From an uncultured Candidatus Poseidoniales archaeon (GTDB lineage Archaea; Thermoplasmatota; Poseidoniia; Poseidoniales; Thalassarchaeaceae), in the NCBI GenBank assembly GCA_902514485.1, contig CABXQY010000002.1, forward strand, positions 1-51,404: 51,404 nucleotides of DNA, in the 5' to 3' direction. The notes beneath the pieces are model-generated. The model made no database searches. It was not told where the DNA came from and was given only the letters and a program-made list of their open reading frames with translations. This document shows positions 43,801 through 51,404 of the stretch, piece by piece; within the stretch, counting starts at the first letter, position 1; every line of letters begins with the position of its first letter. Both the position numbers and the translations under genes were made by a program.

Positions 43801-45078
43801 TTATTTTTTAATGCCTAAAGCTTCTAGAATTGGACGAAATTTATTATTTGAACGATTTAAGGAATCTATGACTGGCATGAACCCTCCTGAAAGCATAGTG
43901 AGGCAAGCACCTCCACCAGTACTGTTGTGAGTTACTTGATCTACTGCACCCCTATTACTAACTAATGAACTGGTATGCCCTCCACCCACAATGGTAACGG
44001 CAGATGATTCGATACACATATTTAGAATCTCAATTGTCCCAAAGGCAAATCCAGGTAGTTCGAAATAAGATGCTGGGCCGTTCCACAGAATACACCCGGC
44101 ATTAATCAATAGAGGACTTATTTCTTGTAATGTTTGGATTCCAATATCATATATTGGATTATCTGTGGGTAAATCATCTACCATCATAGCAATTCTATCT
44201 CCATTTAATTCTACAGCTACATCGGCAGGTAAGAGAAAATATTCTGAGTGATTATCATGAAGATAAACGGCCATTTCCCATGTTTCTTCAAAATTATCAC
44301 CTAAAGTATTCCGAATAAATGATTTATTACCCTCACCAATATCCACTCCACTAGCCCACAGCATCATATTACCGACAACACCAACAACTGGGATTGAGTC
44401 AATTATCTCCTTATCGATTAAATTCTTAGCTACACGCAATGAATCATCACACTTCGTACCACCCAATATGGCAATATATGGGCGAGGAGGGTCATTTACT
44501 GCGATTTGTAGATTATCTATTTCTTTAGCCATTAATCTTCCAGCGATACAAGGAACGATTTCTGAAAAACCGGTGAGTGATGGGGAATTTCGATGAGCAG
44601 CAGCAAAAGCATCTGTTACGTAAACATCAATCAAAGGAGCTAACTTTTGTACAATTTCAGAAGTAGCGGTTTCCTCCGGCGACGCTTTCTTCATAGAATT
44701 CTCATCGTCATGCATTCTAATATTATCTAAAAATAACATCTCGCCTATCTTGAGTTTTTGAATAGCGGTAATTGCTTTATCTCCACAAATGTCTGATATG
44801 AAATGTACTTTTTTACCAATTAATCGAGATATTCTATCTGCATGTTGCGACATATCTGTGAAATCATTCTTACCAGGTCTTGATTGATGGCCTATCATAA
44901 CAACCTTAGAATTCTGTAATGACCTAAGAGTAGGTAAAATTGCTCTTAATCTACTATCATCAAGGAAGGCACCTGTTGATGGTTCTAGTGGAGAATTTAC
45001 GTCTACACGATACAGGACTACTTTGCCGCCAAGACCGACATCGTCCAGTGTAAGGACGCCACTCACGTTCAGGCCCAC
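43801..45078 (-). CDS. pgk: Phosphoglycerate kinase (archaeal type)
   Basis: Motifs are LTLDDVGLGGKVVLYRVDVNSPL, IGHQSRPGK, AILGGTKCDDS and GGGACL. It has a GTG start. Confidence 0.85.
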   Translation of the reverse strand: MGLNVSGVLTLDDVGLGGKVVLYRVDVNSPLEPSTGAFLDDSRLRAILPTLRSLQNSKVVMIGHQSRPGKNDFTDMSQHADRISRLIGKKVHFISDICGDKAITAIQKLKIGEMLFLDNIRMHDDENSMKKASPEETATSEIVQKLAPLIDVYVTDAFAAAHRNSPSLTGFSEIVPCIAGRLMAKEIDNLQIAVNDPPRPYIAILGGTKCDDSLRVAKNLIDKEIIDSIPVVGVVGNMMLWASGVDIGEGNKSFIRNTLGDNFEETWEMAVYLHDNHSEYFLLPADVAVELNGDRIAMMVDDLPTDNPIYDIGIQTLQEISPLLINAGCILWNGPASYFELPGFAFGTIEILNMCIESSAVTIVGGGHTSSLVSNRGAVDQVTHNSTGGGACLTMLSGGFMPVIDSLNRSNNKFRPILEALGIKK

Positions 45079-45165
45079 AGGCTAAGACTCTTTGACCGTA
45101 ATGGTTGAATTGTCCTTACATCCCTTCAGCAATACCTTTGTGATTGACACTCCCACGCACAATGC

Positions 45166-46422
45166 ATGGTATGGGATATGAGAGGATTGGTCGGACCAGA
45201 AGGCGCCGATTGGAGAGTCCCTGTACAAGAATTAGAAAACCGTAGAGCCAGATTGTCAGTCGCACTATCAGAAAATGGGATTGAGTCCGCTCTTATCGAT
45301 GATCCTGTGGAATTATATTGGCTAACTGGTGGAAGACAAAACGGAATTATTCTAATCGGTGGAAAAGATTCTGATGTACAAACGATTCATTGGGTGAAAA
45401 GATCACTTGAAAGAGCTAAATTTGAATCCGGAGGAGATGATTGCCCTGATCCTGTTATTGTTCAACCAAGAATGACAGACTTAGCGGATTCTATTAGAGA
45501 AATGGGGGGAACCGAAAAACCTGCGACATTAGAAGAGAAAATTCCTCATAATCGTTGGAAATTCATATCCAACAAGATGAAATCACTAGTTGGTGAATCA
45601 AAAGATTGTACATCAATAATGTATGGCTTGAGAGAAATGAAGTCAGATTGGGAAATTGAAATGCTTCGAGAGAGTGGACGGATTAACAAAGAAATGTTCG
45701 AATCAATCAAAGAAAAAGGAGGATTAGGGAAGACGGAACTGCAAATGGCTGCAGTTGCTGATGAAGTTAGTAGGAAAGCAGGCTTCGGGGGAAGAATAAG
45801 GATGAGGAAATGGCCTATGGATTGCGACAGAGTTGTGATTGTCGCTGGTGATTCTGCATCTATACCGTCATACTTTGATTCTGCAATTGGAGGAGTTGGC
45901 GCAAGCCCAATATCATCTCTTGGATCAGGGCATGCCAAAGTCAAATCTAATTCTCCAGTCACAGTAGATATTGTTCATCTACACCGTGGATATGTATCTG
46001 ATTGCACACGTATGTTTAGCGCAGGTGCCCTAGATAGTAAATGGATGGAAAGGCTCGATCACATGGTCGAAATTCGTAAAGCACTAGTTTCAAGCCTTTC
46101 TCGGGGAGATGATTGCTCTAAAACTTGGGAAATTGGAAGTTTAATGGCAAACGAAATGGGATATTCAGAAAATCTCATGGGAATGTATCCGGATAAATCT
46201 CACTTCTTAGGGCATTCAGTAGGATTAGAATTGGACGAAACGCCCGTAATTGCAAATGGATTTGACCGACCTTTGTGCATTGGAGGGACTATGGCAATAG
46301 AGCCTAAAGTAATATATCCAGATGGTTGTATAGGAACTGAGGACACCTTTGTAAGAACTAGAGATGGCATGGAATGCCTAACAATGGGAGATTCTTTTCC
46401 ATTATTTACAGACTGGAATTAA
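45166..46422 (+). CDS. M24-family peptidase (Xaa-Pro aminopeptidase/creatinase fold)
   Basis: Metal-ligand contexts are VTVDIVHLHRGYVSDCTRMF, GHSVGLELDETP and MAIEPKV..GTEDTF. Confidence 0.8.
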   Translation: MVWDMRGLVGPEGADWRVPVQELENRRARLSVALSENGIESALIDDPVELYWLTGGRQNGIILIGGKDSDVQTIHWVKRSLERAKFESGGDDCPDPVIVQPRMTDLADSIREMGGTEKPATLEEKIPHNRWKFISNKMKSLVGESKDCTSIMYGLREMKSDWEIEMLRESGRINKEMFESIKEKGGLGKTELQMAAVADEVSRKAGFGGRIRMRKWPMDCDRVVIVAGDSASIPSYFDSAIGGVGASPISSLGSGHAKVKSNSPVTVDIVHLHRGYVSDCTRMFSAGALDSKWMERLDHMVEIRKALVSSLSRGDDCSKTWEIGSLMANEMGYSENLMGMYPDKSHFLGHSVGLELDETPVIANGFDRPLCIGGTMAIEPKVIYPDGCIGTEDTFVRTRDGMECLTMGDSFPLFTDWN

Positions 46423-46467
46423 ACAATCAAGCGATTATACTAATTCCCAATACCTCTACGGCGTGTC

Positions 46468-46761
46468 GTGTCTCAAGCATCTAATGCGGTTCAACGCCGA
46501 TTAGCTAAAATTCTCAGGGAAAGGAAGGAGCCACATGGTAAGTTATTCAAAGATAAGGAAATTTTGAAGGGCGTCGAAATAAGTGAATCGGGCATTGCAG
46601 AACTTTGGGTAAAACCTACACATCCCTACTGTCCGTGTTGTATTAATGACTTGATTGAATTAAGAAAGGAAATCACTTCTACAAAGGGGATTCTAGCCTG
46701 TCACATTGAAGTAGTTTCAATACCACAAGCAAAAAGATGGACTGCTGCAATAAACGAATAG
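46468..46761 (+). CDS. Small DUF59/MIP18-like protein (tentative)
   Basis: 97 aa with a GTG start. GIAELWVKPTHPYCPCCINDLIELRKEI resembles the DUF59 T-x-x-x-CP motif. Confidence 0.35.
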   Translation: MSQASNAVQRRLAKILRERKEPHGKLFKDKEILKGVEISESGIAELWVKPTHPYCPCCINDLIELRKEITSTKGILACHIEVVSIPQAKRWTAAINE

Positions 46762-46933
46762 TCGAAATTATTTTTCGTCTCTTTCCCATCTCTTCGATTT
46801 TCTTAAATTGACTTCATCTATTTTCGACTTAACACGCCTAGATAACCACCATAGAGCAAATGTTACAGCTAAAATATCAAAAGCCAGAATTAATAAAAAT
46901 TCTTGATTATTCCAGTCAACCATAATTTAACCC

Positions 46934-47221
46934 TCATAATGGCGGAATAACGTCAATATCACAGGCGCCTTCTGGTATCATACAACAAGAAAGAATACCT
47001 CCCTCTTCGATTAAAAATTCATCTAGACCAGGAGGTAGAGGTTCGGGATACGGAACATTTCCAGAGACTAATCTTACAAGACAAGTTCCGCAATTTCCAG
47101 ATGTACAATTTCTAGGTATATCGATTCCCGCACGATCTGCAGCCTCTACTAGAAACTCATCTTCTTTGAGTTCAATAGAACGCAGAAGCAACCTTCCACG
47201 GAAGAAGCGGACTATAGCCAT
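46934..47221 (-). CDS. Plant-type [2Fe-2S] ferredoxin
   Basis: 95 aa. CTSGNCGTCLVRL (C-x4-C-x2-C) plus the downstream LSCC. Confidence 0.75.
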   Translation of the reverse strand: MAIVRFFRGRLLLRSIELKEDEFLVEAADRAGIDIPRNCTSGNCGTCLVRLVSGNVPYPEPLPPGLDEFLIEEGGILSCCMIPEGACDIDVIPPL

Positions 47222-47285
47222 GATTAACCCATAGAGAAGGGTATCTTCAATCCATCCAATAGGCGAATTTGAATCAGAATGATTC

Positions 47286-48380
47286 TCAACGGTCTTCCCA
47301 GCGAGTCCAACGGCCTGTTTGTTTGTTGAAATATAGTCCTGCTTTCTTCATCCATTTGTTAAATTTAGTAGCACCTGCACCAGTGGCAAGAATGAATTCT
47401 TCTCTGTGTTCTTGAGCTTGGATATATCCTTTGTCTGCGATTTTCTGTTCAATCCAATCTTCGATACTCATTAATCCTCCAGATAACTTACTCGCTTCAA
47501 CTGCTGCTTCAACTTCCGCGAAAGATGCCCCTGTCTTCTTTAGGTCTCTTTTAATTAAGTCATCAACACTAAGTGATTCTGATTTCTTAGGAGGTTGGAA
47601 TACTTCCAATCTTGGGCCTCTCTGTGGATCAATTGTTAACCTATCTCCATTTTCTAATTTATTATCTACGACTTCTGCCATAGGTGCTCGGAACTCTTTC
47701 TCACAATCCCAGCAAATCAAAACAAAGTCAGTCATATCTTCCATGACATTGCCTCCACGAGGATCTATCTCTTCCCCACATTCTGGACATGCATGCATAC
47801 ACAATACGGGAGCTATCTTACGTCGGAAATCAACTATATCTTGAGGAGTTCCTGATAAATCCAATAATTCATGATCTCTAGCGGCCTCAAGTCCTCTAGT
47901 CTCTAGTTGATCCCTGAGTTTTGTACGCTGTTCATCCTTACCCTCTTCATCAAAGGTATTTTCTAATTTAACTATGAGTTCAACTGTCTTACCCAATCTA
48001 TTCATCACTAACTTCTTTTCACGAAACTGCTCTACTCTAGCAATTCTTAACTGCTCTTTCTTTTCAAGAAGTTCTGAGTGCAAATCTTTCTGTTCTCTCT
48101 TAAATCTCTGCTCTTCAATCTTATCAACTTTCTTTGGACCACCAGTATCCGAAAGAACATCTGCAAGATACCTCTGCTTTGATGAAGAACGGGGGCCAGA
48201 TTTTACCGCATCTAATACTGAAGTTGCTATCTCTTTTTTGAGACCGTAGTTATTAGTTAATGTCTCGACATCAAGACTTTTCAAATCACCGACCTTGATT
48301 CCACCATCTGACAGAATTTGAGCAGTTTTTTCATCTATCCCACGACGTAATAATGCGAGATAGGTGTCCTTCTTTGCCAT
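47286..48380 (-). CDS. Hypothetical protein with an N-terminal helix-hairpin-helix-like region and a central zinc ribbon
   Basis: 364-aa ORF. It has GIDEKTAQILSDGGIKVGDLKSLDVETL (HhH-like), a charged coiled-coil segment, and CPECGEE..x..CWDCEKEF. Confidence 0.5.
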   Translation of the reverse strand: MAKKDTYLALLRRGIDEKTAQILSDGGIKVGDLKSLDVETLTNNYGLKKEIATSVLDAVKSGPRSSSKQRYLADVLSDTGGPKKVDKIEEQRFKREQKDLHSELLEKKEQLRIARVEQFREKKLVMNRLGKTVELIVKLENTFDEEGKDEQRTKLRDQLETRGLEAARDHELLDLSGTPQDIVDFRRKIAPVLCMHACPECGEEIDPRGGNVMEDMTDFVLICWDCEKEFRAPMAEVVDNKLENGDRLTIDPQRGPRLEVFQPPKKSESLSVDDLIKRDLKKTGASFAEVEAAVEASKLSGGLMSIEDWIEQKIADKGYIQAQEHREEFILATGAGATKFNKWMKKAGLYFNKQTGRWTRWEDR

Positions 48381-48472
48381 ATTAATGCCCCCTTGCGCGA
48401 ATGTATGTCTGCTGCGCAGTAGTCCCGCCGAACCATGCGTATAATATCAAGTCACGGTCAAAATTATCTTAT

Positions 48473-49378
48473 TTATTCGTTAAATGAAGATATTCTATTA
48501 GCAATTATTGCCCATTCTTCAGGTTCTAACATATCTGGCCTGTTGTCAAACCATTCATTAGAAAATGCATCAGGAGGATTTTCAAATAAATCTTCCACTG
48601 CTAACTTCCAACGTGATTTATGCCATCCTTTTATTCGGCTAATTCTTCGAGGAACCTGAGATAATAAAGTTCTAATTTTTTTCCGGCGACTTGAGAAACA
48701 ATGTTGAGTTATTATCTTAAACATCTTGCGAGAAATATCTCCATTCTCTTGAGAACGATCTACAGGTATCAAAGTGACAATTCGGGAATTAACTCGAGGA
48801 GCAGGGCTAAAAGCACCACCAGGTACTTTTTTGTCTAATTTAACATCAAAATCAAGCCATAAAGATAGCCCTAGAGGGCTTAATGAACCAAAATGTTCCA
48901 TGGACATTCGCTCTGCGAATTCATCTTGAACAAGTAATACAATAACATTGAGAGGGTTTTTAAGATGATATTGTTGAATTTTATCAAGAACTGGGCTTGA
49001 GATTTGATAAGGTAAATTTGCCACTATGTGTGTTAAACCAATAGGCCAATTTAGCTTAAGAGCATCGCCAGATATGATTTCTAGTTGGCCATCGGCATCT
49101 CCGAATACTCTATCTAAATGAAGAATCGCTTCTTCATCAATTTCTATTCCACAAACATGAGCATCATGTCTCAAAAGATAGAGAGTCAATGAACCTGGAC
49201 CAGGCCCTATCTCAAGAATCTTAGATTCCGAATTAATTGGAAAACCCTCTTCACTACAAATTTCAATAGAACGAGATATTACTTTCGTATCTAAAAGAAA
49301 ATGCTGGCCCAATGATTTGTCAGGAACAATATGGTCTCTAAGTAAATCGACAAGGAGCCGGGGGGTTAAATCATCCAT
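48473..49378 (-). CDS. ksgA: 16S rRNA (adenine1518/1519-N6) dimethyltransferase KsgA/Dim1
   Basis: Motifs are LGQHFL, ILEIGPGPGSLT (SAM motif I) and VANLPYQISSP. Confidence 0.9.
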   Translation of the reverse strand: MDDLTPRLLVDLLRDHIVPDKSLGQHFLLDTKVISRSIEICSEEGFPINSESKILEIGPGPGSLTLYLLRHDAHVCGIEIDEEAILHLDRVFGDADGQLEIISGDALKLNWPIGLTHIVANLPYQISSPVLDKIQQYHLKNPLNVIVLLVQDEFAERMSMEHFGSLSPLGLSLWLDFDVKLDKKVPGGAFSPAPRVNSRIVTLIPVDRSQENGDISRKMFKIITQHCFSSRRKKIRTLLSQVPRRISRIKGWHKSRWKLAVEDLFENPPDAFSNEWFDNRPDMLEPEEWAIIANRISSFNE

Positions 49379-49390
49379 GTTAATTCCTAA

Positions 49391-49972
49391 TTAATTAGAC
49401 GTACGTATTAGATGATCAAGAATGCTACGATTGTTTAGAGGATCTTCGATTTCGATAAGATATCTCTCTGCTAGTAATTTAACTGAATCTATCTCACAGG
49501 CCTCATCAACTTCTGAAAATTCCATCCACCCTGCCATCCCGCGAGATTGTACCATTTTTTGTGCCTTAGACTTGCCTATTCCAGGGAGAAGTTGGAAAGC
49601 ATGCACTTTCAGAGAAATATTATTAGCACGATTATAGAAACCAAGATGTAGTTCAGAATTGTCCCTTATGGCGCCAACTAACTCATTGAGAAGTTCATCT
49701 TCACTAGTTGTTGAAAGATCACGATATCGTAGTAGAGACATTGGCCCTAGTTTATTTTCAGCCACTGCTACTTTTGTACCATTACTTACGCCATCTTTGA
49801 CTAATACTTTAGCACGAACCAAGTATAGAGATGGTTCTGTTAATGCGTGTACTTCATGACCAACAGGCCTTCTATCGGACATGTCTAATATTCTCAGGTG
49901 TGTTTCACCAGAAAAAGGAGATACAGAACCATCTCCGGCCTCAGAAGGGGAACTCGCATGCATTACGCTCAA
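49391..49972 (-). CDS. DUF655-family HhH protein (conserved archaeal neighbour of ksgA and rpoF)
   Basis: FYNRANNISLKVHAFQLLPGIGKSKAQKMVQSR is the HhH region. The gene order matches the usual archaeal cluster. It has a TTG start, with an alternative ATG at 49961-49963. Confidence 0.7.
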   Translation of the reverse strand: MSVMHASSPSEAGDGSVSPFSGETHLRILDMSDRRPVGHEVHALTEPSLYLVRAKVLVKDGVSNGTKVAVAENKLGPMSLLRYRDLSTTSEDELLNELVGAIRDNSELHLGFYNRANNISLKVHAFQLLPGIGKSKAQKMVQSRGMAGWMEFSEVDEACEIDSVKLLAERYLIEIEDPLNNRSILDHLIRTSN

Positions 49973-50032
49973 CCACCTCAGACAGGTCTTTATTCAAGAA
50001 TTAATTCATTGAAGAAACACAGATTTCTACAC

Positions 50033-50386
50033 TCAAAGTACGTGTTGGCGGATGGTAGTAATGATATCTTCAACCTCTGAAGTATCCATTGCAATTCTTT
50101 TACTTGAAATTATAACTCTAACTCCTTTGACGTTTAATGGAGTTAATTCTGCTAATTTAGAACATATTTCTGGATATTGTGATAATTTTTCATTTTCAGA
50201 TAGAGCATTGTATAATGCAACGAAAACCTTAGGATCCGTTTTTGTTCCACCACGATTAGTGGATGCTGCCCACTCTGCATGTTGAAGAGCCATGATTTGC
50301 TCGTACGAAAGATCTCCTCGTCTTTCGCGCGCATCAGATAAAAGTTCACGTACAGTAGCAAAATCTACAAATTCTTTTTCAGTCAT
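50033..50386 (-). CDS. rpoF: DNA-directed RNA polymerase subunit F (Rpo4)
   Basis: It encodes a ~117-aa helical protein (MTEKEFVDFATVRELLSDARERRGDLSYEQ..). Its position between rpl21e and DUF655 matches many archaea. The track start at 50395 is TTG; the ATG at 50384-50386 lies 6 nt after the rpl21e stop. Confidence 0.65.
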   Translation of the reverse strand: MTEKEFVDFATVRELLSDARERRGDLSYEQIMALQHAEWAASTNRGGTKTDPKVFVALYNALSENEKLSQYPEICSKLAELTPLNVKGVRVIISSKRIAMDTSEVEDIITTIRQHVL

Positions 50387-50391
50387 TAAAA

Positions 50392-50688
50392 TCAATCCTT
50401 AATTGGTTTAAGATGCTCAGGGCGAGCAACTACGGTCTTTTTCATATTACCGTCTTTGAAATTAACAACATAAGCTCGACCTTGCTTTCCAGCAATAATG
50501 CCAGTTCTACCTTGGAATCTACGGTGGGGCATACCTTTGTGCTGGGCACCATCTAAAACAATAGCAACTCTGTCTCCTTCTGCATACGGGTACATTACTC
50601 TATTAATGAAGACTCGACCTTTGTCACGCTTACTTTTCTTAAGAATTGAACGTGTTCCTTGGCGTTGTCCATGCGTCCTTGTTACCAT
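50392..50688 (-). CDS. rpl21e: 50S ribosomal protein L21e
   Basis: 98 aa. MVTRTHGQRQGTRSILKK..GDRVAIVLDGAQHKGMPHRRFQGRTGII is typical of L21e. Confidence 0.85.
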   Translation of the reverse strand: MVTRTHGQRQGTRSILKKSKRDKGRVFINRVMYPYAEGDRVAIVLDGAQHKGMPHRRFQGRTGIIAGKQGRAYVVNFKDGNMKKTVVARPEHLKPIKD

Positions 50689-50767
50689 GATATCACCTTA
50701 CAGACCATAGGTCTTGGAAGCGGTCGACCTGCCTCGTATTCTTAAGGACTCGGATTTGATAAAATAC

Positions 50768-51404
50768 TCAATCATAGTGAATATCTTCAACATCTAGCCA
50801 AAGAACTGTACATTCTTTGTCCCCTAACACACTACGAACTGAGGGTACTGTTCGGCCTTCGTCGGAGTGAACGAGCTCCTTGACATACGTCCCAGCCTCA
50901 CATCTAACAGAAAATTGGATTTCATCATCTTCAACAATAATATCAGAAAGTGAAACTACTTTTCTTTTCCTATTTTTAGCCGCACGGCGATGAGAAACAC
51001 GCTTGGGAGTTTCTTGAGATAATTCTACACCTGAAAGGGAGGAGATTGCTTTGATTGCCATCTCTTCATCTGGTATATCTTCTACTTTGAATCGTATTGT
51101 ATATGATTTCTCAGAACGACTCTCTTTGACTTTAACTACCTCACGACGATCTGACCACCTCAAACTATTAATTTCGACCTTATCGATTGCATTTTCGTTA
51201 ACTGCTTTTTGAATTTCTTCAAGATTAGCTAACCTAGTTGCTGGTTTTTTAATTTCAATAACAAAAGGACGTCCCATACCTAAACATCTGACATCTATAT
51301 CTTCTCGACCCATCCCATGGAAAGAGGTGTCTTCTGCGCCTAACGAAAGGCGAATTGGCTCACCAATGAGATCTTGTACAGAGTCAGGATATTGTAACCC
51401 AGTT
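50768..51404 (-). CDS. pus10: tRNA pseudouridine synthase Pus10, C-terminal part (gene continues past the right edge)
   Basis: GMGREDIDVRCLGMGRPFVIEIKKP is the Pus10 catalytic-Asp motif. Hand translation upstream of the track's Met (..TGLQYPDSVQDLIGEPIRLSLGAEDTSFHG) stays open to base 51404. Confidence 0.8.
   Translation of the reverse strand, partial: TGLQYPDSVQDLIGEPIRLSLGAEDTSFHGMGREDIDVRCLGMGRPFVIEIKKPATRLANLEEIQKAVNENAIDKVEINSLRWSDRREVVKVKESRSEKSYTIRFKVEDIPDEEMAIKAISSLSGVELSQETPKRVSHRRAAKNRKRKVVSLSDIIVEDDEIQFSVRCEAGTYVKELVHSDEGRTVPSVRSVLGDKECTVLWLDVEDIHYD

Overview
This is a 51.4-kb chromosomal segment of a low-GC archaeon. Archaeal markers are rpl15e, rpl21e, rpoF, Pus10, DUF655, an archaeal-type PGK, an intron-containing tRNA-Tyr with a C1-G72 pair, and a PGF-CTERM protein. 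The gene content (S8 and M14 peptidases, an SNF transporter, giant secreted proteins, FAS1 domains) suggests a marine planktonic euryarchaeon of the Marine Group II/III kind; this is inference only. The window has three parts. (i) 1-14.9 kb is one unbroken minus-strand run of cell-surface genes: a CARDB-like protein, a membrane-anchored subtilase, a 1472-aa secreted protein with a coupled small membrane protein, and a PKD protein. It ends at rpl15e. (ii) 14.9-27.9 kb is an accessory region anchored on tRNA-Tyr(GUA). Three direct copies of the 26-nt 3' end of the tRNA lie at 16016, 19846 and 27822. The 19846-27847 interval is an 8-kb plasmid-like integrated element. Its tyrosine-integrase gene is split by its own att site: int(N) reads into the tRNA antisense strand and a 43-codon int(C) tail sits at the other end. 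The element carries a PLD-nuclease/SF3-helicase fusion, a 7x75-aa repeat array fused to a Vsr/DUF559-like nuclease, a Zn-finger coiled-coil protein and an orphan ORF. The 16016-19845 interval starts with a diverged AT-rich int(C) relic. It encodes an unusual FAS1 ectodomain-TM-HxlR wHTH fusion and an ABA4-like protein. A 96-nt ghost copy of the HxlR gene's 3' end lies at 14914-15009. (iii) 28-51.4 kb is housekeeping: ftsZ, hisS, SNF, M14, mscS, gpmA (frameshifted at a C8 run), uppS, NUDIX, RidA, PMM/PGM, pgk, M24, ferredoxin, then ksgA-DUF655-rpoF-rpl21e-pus10. No rRNA gene, CRISPR array or transposase was seen. All domain calls come from motifs read by eye; no database search or structure prediction was run.
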